A DNA stretch of 43,621 nt from a virus (Duplodnaviria > Caudoviricetes). Location: IMG/VR virus record IMGVR_UViG_3300022936_000012, positions 1 to 43,621 of that record, one strand, 5' to 3'. Position 1 is the first letter of the stretch. Every line of letters begins with the position of its first letter. A program made the translations under genes and the position numbers. This document shows positions 1 through 8,807 of the stretch, in pieces. The notes beneath the pieces were generated by a model. It was not told the origin of the DNA, did no database searches, and saw only the letters and a program-made list of their open reading frames with translations.

Positions 1-38
1 AAATGCGCCCTGCGGGCTAGGGAGATGGAGGGGGGTAG
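1..38. repeat. 38-bp perfect inverted repeat, copy A
   Basis: AAATGCGCCCTGCGGGCTAGGGAGATGGAGGGGGGTAG is the exact reverse complement of 41869..41906. Confidence 0.95.
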
Positions 39-50
39 ATGGGTTGGGGG

Positions 51-230
51 TTAATGGGAGACGAGCGGGACACAATACGCTTCAACTGAATGTTCCGACT
101 CGTTCACGCTGACAATATCCGCGACTAGATATTTACCCCAGACACGTTCGCCAATATTGGGTAACTGACGATCCTTCGGCCAATCTAGGATCTTGGTTTC
201 TGGCTTTAGATTTCCGTATGGCGCAAACAT
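51..230 (-). CDS. Small hypothetical protein (59 aa)
   Basis: Hand translation MFAPYGNLKPETKILDWPKDRQLPNIGERVWGKYLVADIVSVNESEHSVEAYCVPLVSH*; continues the leftward operon and ends just before the inverted repeat. Confidence 0.5.
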   Translation of the reverse strand: MFAPYGNLKPETKILDWPKDRQLPNIGERVWGKYLVADIVSVNESEHSVEAYCVPLVSH

Positions 231-388
231 GATGAAGAAAAGGAAAGCGAGTTGATCCTGTCAGCCATCCGAAAGGCGACCAAGAGCGGAACGCCACGGA
301 AGTCAAAACAGCCGATATACGGCCAGCCAACGCGCCACGTCAGGGCGTCGTTTACGGCATCGGTGATTTGCTGGTCGGTGAAGGTCAT
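206..388 (-). CDS. Small hypothetical protein
   Basis: ATG start overlapping the stop of the upstream minus-strand gene (ATGA). Confidence 0.5.
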   Translation of the reverse strand: MTFTDQQITDAVNDALTWRVGWPYIGCFDFRGVPLLVAFRMADRINSLSFSSSCLRHTEI

Positions 389-687
389 AGATCGTTTAGG
401 TTTACTTCCTGCCCAACCTCCAAGCGATGGTATGTGTATCCGTCAACTCGTTTATTTTTTTGCTTCATTTCGCCGTCTCGGTTCGTTCCCGAAATTGTAA
501 TCGTCCAATACTCTGGGAATTTTCCAGACGACGAGTTGTATTTTTTCTTCACTACGATCCCGCTGGTCATTCCTCTTGTTTCGTAGGCGTTCCAAATCGG
601 CAAAATCACAACAAACGCAATCAAAATCACAATGGAAGCAATAACGATAATCTCAATCCATGAGGCTTTCTTCATGTCCAGAATCAT
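385..687 (-). CDS. Membrane-anchored protein (N-terminal TM helix + small beta domain); true start may be ATG at 675
   Basis: Hydrophobic IIVIASIVILIAFVVILPIW followed by a beta-rich domain (G.VVKKKY...VDGYTYHRLEVGQEV). Confidence 0.75.
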   Translation of the reverse strand: MILDMKKASWIEIIVIASIVILIAFVVILPIWNAYETRGMTSGIVVKKKYNSSSGKFPEYWTITISGTNRDGEMKQKNKRVDGYTYHRLEVGQEVNLNDL

Positions 688-690
688 CTT

Positions 691-710
691 GTGAAAATAA
701 ATCTTGTCAA
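691..710. promoter_or_regulatory. Operator/promoter motif GTGAAAATAAATCTTGTCAA between divergent genes (TTGACA -35 on minus strand)
   Basis: 19/20 identical to the reverse complement of 41291..41310; core GAAAATAAATCTTG also at 27176..27189 and 37366..37379. Confidence 0.75.
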
Positions 711-743
711 TTCAAATAATGGATGCAGAATGGTGGGACTCTT

Positions 744-1046
744 ATGCCAACCATTGAACAAAACACCGTAGATAAAATCACGCAGCTCGGCAGCGATGCC
801 GTTCAAGGCACCATTACTGAATATACTCTTTGGTATTTCTTTAATTCCGTAGCGTGGATTGTTTTTGGGGTAGTGATCTGCGCCTACGCAATTCGGTTGT
901 GGAAAATCAATCAGCAGAACGGCGCTAAATTTGCAGCCCTCGGGGTTCTGTTTATCGGGATGCTTTTTATTTCTGCGAACATCCCGACGCTTTTTACCCC
1001 GAAAGGATATGCGATTCACCAATTCCTTAAGGACATCAAGCCATGA
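744..1046 (+). CDS. Two-TM membrane protein
   Basis: Two hydrophobic segments; ATG at 744. Confidence 0.7.
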   Translation: MPTIEQNTVDKITQLGSDAVQGTITEYTLWYFFNSVAWIVFGVVICAYAIRLWKINQQNGAKFAALGVLFIGMLFISANIPTLFTPKGYAIHQFLKDIKP

Positions 1047-1414
1047 ACGACCCTCGCGAACAAAACTACGTCCACGACCTAGGCAAGTCGCTTTCCATCT
1101 CGCGCACTGGCCTCGATTATTGCGTGGAGAACTCCGAAACGAAAGGCTGCGTGTGGTTCGATCCCGAGCAGATGGCCGCGCTCATCGTGTATCTCAAGCA
1201 GTCGGGGTGTATTCCTGATATTGTGACGCGGGAAGCAAAAGAGGACATGCTAAATGCTCTCACACATCTCGCTGATGATGCGTCTAGTATTCATCGAACA
1301 TCACCTCCTGATTACGCATGGAGCGAATGTCTTTGCGGGGGAGAAAAAGGAAGTCATGAAGCGAATTGCGTGGTTCAAAAAGCTTATGCCGTAGTGAACA
1401 AATACGACAAATGA
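1043..1414 (+). CDS. Hypothetical protein with C-terminal Cys/His cluster
   Basis: ATGA overlap with upstream gene; CLC...H...C motif. Confidence 0.7.
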   Translation: MNDPREQNYVHDLGKSLSISRTGLDYCVENSETKGCVWFDPEQMAALIVYLKQSGCIPDIVTREAKEDMLNALTHLADDASSIHRTSPPDYAWSECLCGGEKGSHEANCVVQKAYAVVNKYDK

Positions 1415-1548
1415 AACGCCCCATCTGTCACGAATCCCGCGACCTCGGATATGCGCGGGAATACAACGCACGCCAGCGTAAGATTACGTTCGTCCTGCTG
1501 GTTATCCTAGCTATCGGGATTTGCGCGCTTTGGAGGGTGATGCCGTGA
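1411..1548 (+). CDS. Small TM protein
   Basis: ATGA overlap; C-terminal ITFVLLVILAIGICALW. Confidence 0.55.
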   Translation: MKRPICHESRDLGYAREYNARQRKITFVLLVILAIGICALWRVMP

Positions 1549-1947
1549 AGCCGGAAAGCGAAACGCCATATAGGGTGATGGGTGCGATTGCGCAACTTGC
1601 CGTGCTTGTTCTAGTCGCTATTGCGAGTGGTTCATGGGTGTGGGGCACTTGATTTCTTGAACTCGGCGTTGCAAAGAACGCGCTTCAAATGACAACCCTC
1701 CGATACCTCAACTGTCGCGCTCGTGAAATCGTCGCCAAGCATCGGCGCGAGATGGCAACCGAGTTGCTGGCGCTGTTCCGCGTGTCGCTCAGTGCGAAAG
1801 ATGCGCGGCGAAAGGTGAAGGATTATTTATGAGGGAAGCACATCCTGTAGCGTTTTGGATTTACGTCGCGATTAAGTCTTTTGTGGCGCTTGGGTATTTT
1901 GGAATCTTGCTCGCGTTACTTTATATGATTTGGAAAGCAACTCGCAA

Positions 1948-2169
1948 ATGAGCGACGAAGTAAACCACCCGAAACACTACACGTCTCATCCGTCTGGAAT
2001 TGAGTGCATCCAAGTGACGGAACACATGGGATTCAATCTTGGGAACGCGATGAAATATATCTGGCGAGCAGATGAAAAAGGCTACGCAATTACCGATCTC
2101 CGCAAGGCGATATGGTATGTCCAGCGCGAGATTGATAAGCGCGAGAAATTAGCAGCGCAAAAGCCATGA
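1948..2169 (+). CDS. DUF3310-family phage protein
   Basis: VNHPKHY...IECIQV...FNLGNAMKYIWRA..KG...DLRKAIWY signature. Confidence 0.9.
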   Translation: MSDEVNHPKHYTSHPSGIECIQVTEHMGFNLGNAMKYIWRADEKGYAITDLRKAIWYVQREIDKREKLAAQKP

Positions 2170-2378
2170 GTGCCCGCGCCAAACTCTACCGGCACCCGCT
2201 TGAAATGCTGTTTAACAATAAGCGCGGATTCGATCCTGTTGCGGGCATGAATTGGCTTCAAGAGCGCGGGCTTATCAGCGATAATGCCGTCACCATTGAG
2301 GACGTAGCGCACGAGGACGGTCTGCGCGTGTTCTATATGGCGTATCCACTCAACAAACCTAAAACCACAAATCAATGA
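2166..2378 (+). CDS. Hypothetical protein
   Basis: ATGA overlap; MNWLQERGLISDNAV motif typical of small phage ORFs. Confidence 0.65.
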   Translation: MSARAKLYRHPLEMLFNNKRGFDPVAGMNWLQERGLISDNAVTIEDVAHEDGLRVFYMAYPLNKPKTTNQ

Positions 2379-2535
2379 AACCCAAGAAAGTATTAGAACC
2401 AGCCAAACCACTTTGCGAAGTGTCCACCGTGCTAATCGTGGACATTGCAGGAACTCATTTGGAACTTACTGAAGCTGAAGCGCGAGAGCTTCACGAGAAA
2501 ATCACCATCGCACTACATATCTAAAACTACTAATC

Positions 2536-2946
2536 ATGGCATCCCTCAACGTCTGTCACTTCATCGGAAACGTCACCCGCGATCCAGAGTCCAAGTTTCT
2601 CCCATCTGGCGAAGCTGTCTGCGACTTCGGAATTGCGATCAATCACAACTACACGACCAAAGGCGGCGAGAAGCGTGAAAAGGTCACGTTCTTGGATCTT
2701 ACGGCCTTCGGGCGCACGGCTGAAATCATCACGGAATACGCTAAGAAAGGAAAATCGGTTTACGTCGAGTGCCGCGCCGATCTTGACCAGTGGGACGACA
2801 AGACGACCGGACAGAAGCGGAGCAAGATCAAGTTTATCGTGAACGGTGTTCAGCTTCTCGGCGGCGGAAAGCCCGAAGGCGCATCGGGCACCGGATACCA
2901 AGGAAAGCCGGAATCCGGTCAGACTGACGACGACATCCCGATGTAA
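2536..2946 (+). CDS. ssb: Single-stranded DNA-binding protein
   Basis: N.....GNVTRDPE OB-fold start, W.DK.TGQKRSK, acidic tip DDDIPM. Confidence 0.97.
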   Translation: MASLNVCHFIGNVTRDPESKFLPSGEAVCDFGIAINHNYTTKGGEKREKVTFLDLTAFGRTAEIITEYAKKGKSVYVECRADLDQWDDKTTGQKRSKIKFIVNGVQLLGGGKPEGASGTGYQGKPESGQTDDDIPM

Positions 2947-3045
2947 CACTCTGTGCAATCACGGGCATGATCTTACGCGAGATGCGTGAGTATCGGGTTT
3001 ATCTTTTGTCCCGAGCATGAAACACCCTGATTGCACTTTCCTTTT

Positions 3046-3567
3046 ATGGCTAAATTAATCGCAGACAAAGGCGCGCCAGCCGTGGCGGGTCGCTTGGAAT
3101 CTCACGAGCAGGCCGCAGAGCAAAAGGTGAACGCTCTCAATGGGCAAATCGAAGCAATACGGGAGTTGATTCAACCGAACTCAAGCGATGAAGAAAGAAA
3201 ATCGCTTAACGTTCAGTTATCGGAATTAGAGCGGCAGCTTATTGTGGCTTATAAGCTATGGTTTGAATTAACTGCTCAAGTTCGTGACTACTATAAGGCT
3301 GTCGATTCATCGAAGCGAGAAGGCGAGAAAATTCTCCGCGCTGAAGTTGAATCCCTTCTCGTCCAATCCTGGCGATTTCAACGGATGGGTCGCGAATCGT
3401 TTATCATCTCGATTGCGCAAGATGCCATCCATTGCAAGGACGAGCAAGATTTCTACGCAAGATACGCGGAGCAGATTCGGGAGTGCGAGATTAACGCGCT
3501 CCGCAATGGCGTAGATCACGAGAAGTTCGCATCTTGGTGTTTAGATTGTTATGAAAAGTCGCTTTAG
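3046..3567 (+). CDS. Probable terminase small subunit
   Basis: Helical/coiled-coil protein positioned before TerL (HNH gene intervening); call is mainly positional. Confidence 0.55.
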   Translation: MAKLIADKGAPAVAGRLESHEQAAEQKVNALNGQIEAIRELIQPNSSDEERKSLNVQLSELERQLIVAYKLWFELTAQVRDYYKAVDSSKREGEKILRAEVESLLVQSWRFQRMGRESFIISIAQDAIHCKDEQDFYARYAEQIRECEINALRNGVDHEKFASWCLDCYEKSL

Positions 3568-4063
3568 TCTTGAGTTTAAATTCTGGAAGCGCGTTGAGAT
3601 TGGAGAGCCGTTTGATTGCTGGAAATGGAATGGATGCAAAACAGATAAAGGATATGGCATTATTTATTTTGACGGCAAATGGCGCAAGGCGCATCGAATG
3701 TCATGGATAATCGCTTACCCCGAAAAAGTAATTACGGATGATTTAGAAGTTTGCCATAAATGCGACAATCGAGCCTGTGTAAATCCTCGTCATTTGTTTT
3801 TAGGAACTCACAAACAAAACATAGAAGATATGGACAGAAAGGGCAGGAGAGGTGTTGCTTTGGGTATTAAAAACGGATCGCATACCAAACCAGAAAAAAG
3901 ACGGCGCGGGTCAATTCATGGTATGGCTAAAATTACTGAATCAGATGTTTTAGAAATACGCTCAAGCGTAGGTATTTCTCAAAGGCGATTAGCAAAGCAA
4001 TACGGAATAAGTCAGCCAATGGTTGGATTTATTCTGCGGCGAGAGAATTGGAAGCACGTATGA
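3551..4063 (+). CDS. HNH homing endonuclease with C-terminal HTH
   Basis: CWKWNG...GYG...AHR.SW...VCHKCDNRACVNPRHLFLGTHKQN; C-terminal SQRRLAKQYGISQ; AT-richer than flanks. Confidence 0.95.
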   Translation: MKSRFSLEFKFWKRVEIGEPFDCWKWNGCKTDKGYGIIYFDGKWRKAHRMSWIIAYPEKVITDDLEVCHKCDNRACVNPRHLFLGTHKQNIEDMDRKGRRGVALGIKNGSHTKPEKRRRGSIHGMAKITESDVLEIRSSVGISQRRLAKQYGISQPMVGFILRRENWKHV

Positions 4064-5844
4064 ACGCCCTCGACTTCTGCCGTCAGAAAATCAGCTTCGA
4101 TGAATCGTCCCCGATTACGGGTCGCTTCGATTCGTCAAAGTATCGGATGCTTGAGAAGCCGCTTCTGTCGCTCTCAGACATCCGAATCAAGCGCACGGTC
4201 ACATACAAAGCGAGTAGCGCGCTAGGAACGGTTTTCCTACAATGCGCGCTGGCGTATCGTCTCGATCAATGCCCTGGCAACTGCTATCTCATCGGTTCAT
4301 CCAAAGACGACGCCGCAGTTTGGTCAAAGACTCGCGGCAAGAAATGGATAAGCCGCATCCCTTCGTTGCGGGACTCCATGAGCAACGACAAGCACGCTGT
4401 CACCAACTCGCTTTTCCAATGGCCGCACCAATGGCTTGAGATTCAAGGGCCAGGAGAGAACGCCCAACAAGGACGCCAATGCACATACCTCTTCACGGAT
4501 GAATCTCACGTAGAGGAATACACGGAAGGCGCGCTGGCGGCACTTGAGGAACGCATGTCGAAACGATGGAACCGGCACGCGCTCCATAACTCGACAGCGG
4601 CAGACGCAGGCAAGGAAGTGGACAGGTTTTTTTACATGGGCGGTCAGAATGAGTTCAACGTCCGATGCGTCCAATGCGACAAGCTGACTTGGCCGCTATG
4701 GGAGGAAGATGCCCGCGAGCACTACAACGGGGAGCGCATTTTCACGCCATTCAACGACACGATTCTTTTCGTATGCCCGCATTGCCAAAAGACCTACGAG
4801 GATAATTCTCGCTCTCGCTATTCGCTCCATGAGAATGGCGATTATGTGACGATGAATCCAAGTCACTTGGTAGAAAACGAGTCGTTTCGGTGGAACTGTT
4901 TCGCTTTCTGGCAAACGCCCTGGATTGAGCAGTTGAACAAATACCGCGAAGCAATCGAAGCGGCGAAGCTCGGCAATCTTGAGCCTCACGAAAACTTCGT
5001 GAAGAAACGTCTTTGCCAATCATACACCCCGAAACTTCCCGACCTTGGCGAGAAATCCGGCGACACGAACTACGCTCTAGGCCAGCCGTGGGTCGTTCCA
5101 GAAACAACGCGCATTATCACGGTGGATTACCAAGCAGGCAAGAAAGGAGAAGGCTCGCATCTCTGGGCGAACTGCACCGAATGGGAGAACGGTGTCGGCA
5201 ACTCTCGGCGCATCGCGTTCCGGCGTCTCGACACATGGGCGCAACTCCGCGCCATGCAACTGGAACTCGGCGTGGAGTCGCGGAATGTTTACGTCGATTG
5301 CGGCTACGATGATCGCACCGTGTTTTATCAGTGCTCGATTTACAAATGGTATGCCATCCAAGGAAGCAGCCTTCAGCAATACCACACGATCACCGTCGAT
5401 AAGGGAACCAAGGATGAGCGCAAGGTCACTGTCCCAATGCCCTATAGCCAGCCAGAGCGCGCTAACGGCAATGTAGGGGCAAGGCAGCCCGACAAGCTCA
5501 AGACCGATCTACGGGGCAGCCTGCCGCAAGGATGGTGCCTTAAGATCGTCATGGGTAACGAACAACTTTACCCGTTGCTCTATGCGCTGCAATCCGGCGT
5601 AACGGGTCGCTACTTCGGTATCGCTCGCGACATGCCGAAGGAATACACCGATGGCTTTCCGGCGTTTATTCCGGTAGTGGAAAAGAACAAGAAAACGAAT
5701 TTGGAAACGGTGATTTGGCGCAAAGTTAAGACCGTCGATCATCCGTGGGATACGGAAGTAATGGCGTTAGTGGGAGCTATGCGTGCATCTTGCTATCCTC
5801 TGGCTAAAACCTCAGAAACAACACCCGCAGAAATCACAGTATGA
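4060..5844 (+). CDS. terL: Terminase large subunit, lambda GpA-like
   Basis: GpA-type Walker A (YKASSALGT), Walker B (LFTDE), NST coupling motif, CxxC...CPHC zinc finger, RNase H-like ITVDYQ / YVDCGY / DHPWDTEV. Confidence 0.9.
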   Translation: MNALDFCRQKISFDESSPITGRFDSSKYRMLEKPLLSLSDIRIKRTVTYKASSALGTVFLQCALAYRLDQCPGNCYLIGSSKDDAAVWSKTRGKKWISRIPSLRDSMSNDKHAVTNSLFQWPHQWLEIQGPGENAQQGRQCTYLFTDESHVEEYTEGALAALEERMSKRWNRHALHNSTAADAGKEVDRFFYMGGQNEFNVRCVQCDKLTWPLWEEDAREHYNGERIFTPFNDTILFVCPHCQKTYEDNSRSRYSLHENGDYVTMNPSHLVENESFRWNCFAFWQTPWIEQLNKYREAIEAAKLGNLEPHENFVKKRLCQSYTPKLPDLGEKSGDTNYALGQPWVVPETTRIITVDYQAGKKGEGSHLWANCTEWENGVGNSRRIAFRRLDTWAQLRAMQLELGVESRNVYVDCGYDDRTVFYQCSIYKWYAIQGSSLQQYHTITVDKGTKDERKVTVPMPYSQPERANGNVGARQPDKLKTDLRGSLPQGWCLKIVMGNEQLYPLLYALQSGVTGRYFGIARDMPKEYTDGFPAFIPVVEKNKKTNLETVIWRKVKTVDHPWDTEVMALVGAMRASCYPLAKTSETTPAEITV

Positions 5845-6179
5845 GCTTCACAAAATTACCACCTATCGAAAAATCAGGCGTCCACCAAGGATGCCTTTGC
5901 TGTCCCGTTCCGTCTGTTGTCGCCAGCCTCGATATGCAAATCGCTGTCGGATTTGGTTCCGCCGATTGCACGAAAGACGGCGAACATATTTATGATGGAG
6001 AAGCGGATTATAACGCAGGGAATGAACCAAAAACGATTGGCGATATGGAAAAGATTGCTGCGCTCGATCCTGACTGCGACTGGCGCGTCTGTTTCTACGG
6101 CCCGCTTCACGGAGAAACGTATCAGCGTCATATGGAAAATACATGGGTGATGATCGAGTCAAATATGGGATTCGCATGA
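5841..6179 (+). CDS. Hypothetical phage protein
   Basis: ATGA overlap with TerL; DWRV.FYGPLHGETYQRH motif. Confidence 0.75.
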   Translation: MSFTKLPPIEKSGVHQGCLCCPVPSVVASLDMQIAVGFGSADCTKDGEHIYDGEADYNAGNEPKTIGDMEKIAALDPDCDWRVCFYGPLHGETYQRHMENTWVMIESNMGFA

Positions 6180-6370
6180 ACTACGAAAAACTCTACCAAT
6201 CCATCGCCACAAAACTCAACCGCGACATCAAAGCGGGCGGCGTGGACGTTGATCAAATCAAGCGAGTTGCCAGCGGCGAGGAACGGACGCTGAATCACCC
6301 GATAATTTCTCTAATTCGCACAGAGCTACGTGCGGCCAAGGTGCGAATCAGTGGCGAAGCGAAGGTATGA
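6176..6370 (+). CDS. Hypothetical protein
   Basis: ATGA overlaps at both ends. Confidence 0.6.
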   Translation: MNYEKLYQSIATKLNRDIKAGGVDVDQIKRVASGEERTLNHPIISLIRTELRAAKVRISGEAKV

Positions 6371-6528
6371 CCCCTGAGCCGAAACTCCCCACACCGAAAC
6401 ACGAAGGACGCCGCATCATGAAGCCGCATTGGTGGTATCGCATCATTACAGAACGCGACCTACACGAGAGGATTCTCAAGATTGCCGAACGCAAGGCGCG
6501 TGAATTGGATTGCTTCGGAGGCAAATAG
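6367..6528 (+). CDS. Small hypothetical protein (53 aa)
   Basis: Hand translation MTPEPKLPTPKHEGRRIMKPHWWYRIITERDLHERILKIAERKARELDCFGGK*; ATGA overlap. Confidence 0.5.
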   Translation: MTPEPKLPTPKHEGRRIMKPHWWYRIITERDLHERILKIAERKARELDCFGGK

Positions 6529-6538
6529 ACGATATAAG
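6510..6538 (+). promoter_or_regulatory. Possible sigma70-type promoter for the gpW-like/portal genes
   Basis: TTGCTT-N17-TATAAG ending 11 nt before ATG 6550. Confidence 0.4.
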
Positions 6539-6549
6539 CGGGAGTAATT

Positions 6550-6825
6550 ATGCCCGCGTATTCACCCAAAGGATTGTTCGTCGGATTGTCGCAATCTGAA
6601 TTAGACGACCTTCGCGCTGGTGCGATTGCGCGAATGAACGGCGGTCAGCGAACTTCGATCAGTGGCGGCGCAAAGTCTGGATCGAAGGAATATCCGATGC
6701 CGCCCGATCAAGTCTTGGCGGAAGTCATTTACGCAGAACAGCAAAACGGCACACGAGCGCCACGAAATCAGAAGGTTTACCAAGTGATGAATTGCCAATA
6801 CCCCATTCGGAGGCGCTACGTATGA
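6550..6825 (+). CDS. gpW-like head completion protein
   Basis: Small helix-hairpin-helix-type ORF immediately before a lambda-type portal. Confidence 0.6.
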   Translation: MPAYSPKGLFVGLSQSELDDLRAGAIARMNGGQRTSISGGAKSGSKEYPMPPDQVLAEVIYAEQQNGTRAPRNQKVYQVMNCQYPIRRRYV

Positions 6826-8807
6826 CCGCGCTGCCTTCCATTACTCAGCCTCTTACGGTTGGCGTTGCGCTGAAAGCGTTCAGTCAGCGGGTGCTTGCCA
6901 AGTTGGCCGGATACAAAGCTGCTACGACAGGTCCAACGCATACCGTAGGCACGCGCATGGGCACGAATAGCAATTCGACTATCGCCCAAATGCAGCGCGT
7001 TGGGATGATGTTCACCGCTGAAGATGTGGCAAAGAACAGTCCGATTTCCGCCGCGTATCTTGCGCAGCGCGTGAATTATTGCTCGTCCCAAATCAGCTAC
7101 ATTCCCGACACCGGAGACGCGAAGCTGGATGAGTTTCTAAAGGTGTATTTGCAAGGCAACGACGGCACGGAAGGCGTCTGGTCAAAGATGGGCACGAATT
7201 GCTCCATGCAAGATGCGTTTCTGCGCACTGCCGATATTGAGCTTCCTGTGCGCGGAGATTCCGGCATGGCGTGGTATCGCGATGACATGGGTAATCTCAA
7301 ACTGATGGAGTTTAGCGCCGATCAGCTTGGCGAACCGTATCTTTACACGATGCCGCGCACGACGGGACTCGCGACACTGATCGCTCCATCGGGACGGTTC
7401 CAGATTCAAGAAGTCAGCGGCAACGATGTGACGTATTTCGCCGGTCGTTATTTCCGTGGTGGTGAGTGCATCGCCTACAAAATTTATGACCGGATTGAAT
7501 CGTGGTATAACAACCCGCGAATCTTTCCATCAGCCGACGTGCTTTACTTTCAAGATCCCGCTTCGTTCCGAGGGATGCGCGGTGTCACAAAGTTCGCAAA
7601 TGCGATTATCCACATGGAAAAAGGCGAGCGGCTTTTCCAAATCGGCATGGACGCGGCATTGCGCCAGAGCAAGACCGCGTATGCCGTATTCAACGAGCGC
7701 GGACAGCCTGATGAGTTGCGCTACGAAGGCGAAGTAGCCGATCAGGAATACGACAACGATGGTCGCGCATTTGCCCGCGAGCGCATCCACGATGGTCCGT
7801 TGGTGGAATACTTCTTTACCGGCGATAAGGTGCAAGCAACGAGCGCGGACAGCCCTGGGCCAGAATTGATTGCGGGATGCGAGTTTTCCGATCAGCGCGT
7901 AGCTTTGGCGCTCGGCCTTACGTATTCGTTCCTTGTCTCGCCCGAGAAGGTGGGCGGTGCTCCAAGTCGATTGGACGTGAACAAGGTTTCTAAGGAGTTT
8001 GCGCGGATTCAAAACACGATTCATCGTCCGAAACTCAACATCATTCGCACCGTATCTATTTTGGAAGGCATCGCGAAGGGTGATTTGCCGTCCGATAATC
8101 CAAACATCATGCGCGGGCGCTTCATGCTGCCAATCAGCCCCACGGTTGACGCTTTCTATGATGCAAAGGAGAATATCCAGATGCTTCGTGCTGGTATCCA
8201 GTCCCCGCAGGAAATCGCAGCGGAGACGAATCGAAATTGGGACGTTGTTCGCCGCGCCAAAGTGCAAGCCGCTGAAATGGTGGCGATGGATACGGACGCC
8301 GCGAATAAGCGACTCAAGGATGCAGGATGCTCAATCCAGATCACGACAAATGACGTGATGCAGTTGACCGACAATCCGCAACCGGCGAACACTCAGGAAG
8401 CGCCAACATCCGAAACGGAGCCGACTCAAAAGGCAATCATGGCCGCATATATGGGCGATATTTTCGTAGGAGATTTGCCAGAAGGAACGCGCGCGGAAAT
8501 CGCTCGGATTCTCGGCACAAACGGACACACAAACGCGTTGCGCGCTGTTAAATACGGCATGGTTGCAAGCGAGTTGGAGCGCATGGCAGACGCGCACAAT
8601 CTGGAATCCGCACAGAAGAATCTCCGCTATTGCTCAAACGGAAGCTGCTCCGAGGAAGTCCACGCGAACCAAGAGAAGCATATCCTCGTGAACAACGGGC
8701 GAATCGTGGACGGCCACCACTACCTTGCGAAAGCGTTGAAAGGCAAGGTTACGAAGTCGCTGCACGTCATTGACCTGACGCCTACGCGGTTTCAACTTAC
8801 CGCTTAA
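6822..8807 (+). CDS. Portal protein (lambda family) with C-terminal ParB/Srx-like extension
   Basis: RGMRGVTKFA, ALALGLTY, PTVDAFYDAK...LRAGIQSPQEIAAE lambda-portal motifs; extra ~120 aa containing ILVNNGRIVDGHH. Confidence 0.88.
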   Translation: MTALPSITQPLTVGVALKAFSQRVLAKLAGYKAATTGPTHTVGTRMGTNSNSTIAQMQRVGMMFTAEDVAKNSPISAAYLAQRVNYCSSQISYIPDTGDAKLDEFLKVYLQGNDGTEGVWSKMGTNCSMQDAFLRTADIELPVRGDSGMAWYRDDMGNLKLMEFSADQLGEPYLYTMPRTTGLATLIAPSGRFQIQEVSGNDVTYFAGRYFRGGECIAYKIYDRIESWYNNPRIFPSADVLYFQDPASFRGMRGVTKFANAIIHMEKGERLFQIGMDAALRQSKTAYAVFNERGQPDELRYEGEVADQEYDNDGRAFARERIHDGPLVEYFFTGDKVQATSADSPGPELIAGCEFSDQRVALALGLTYSFLVSPEKVGGAPSRLDVNKVSKEFARIQNTIHRPKLNIIRTVSILEGIAKGDLPSDNPNIMRGRFMLPISPTVDAFYDAKENIQMLRAGIQSPQEIAAETNRNWDVVRRAKVQAAEMVAMDTDAANKRLKDAGCSIQITTNDVMQLTDNPQPANTQEAPTSETEPTQKAIMAAYMGDIFVGDLPEGTRAEIARILGTNGHTNALRAVKYGMVASELERMADAHNLESAQKNLRYCSNGSCSEEVHANQEKHILVNNGRIVDGHHYLAKALKGKVTKSLHVIDLTPTRFQLTA

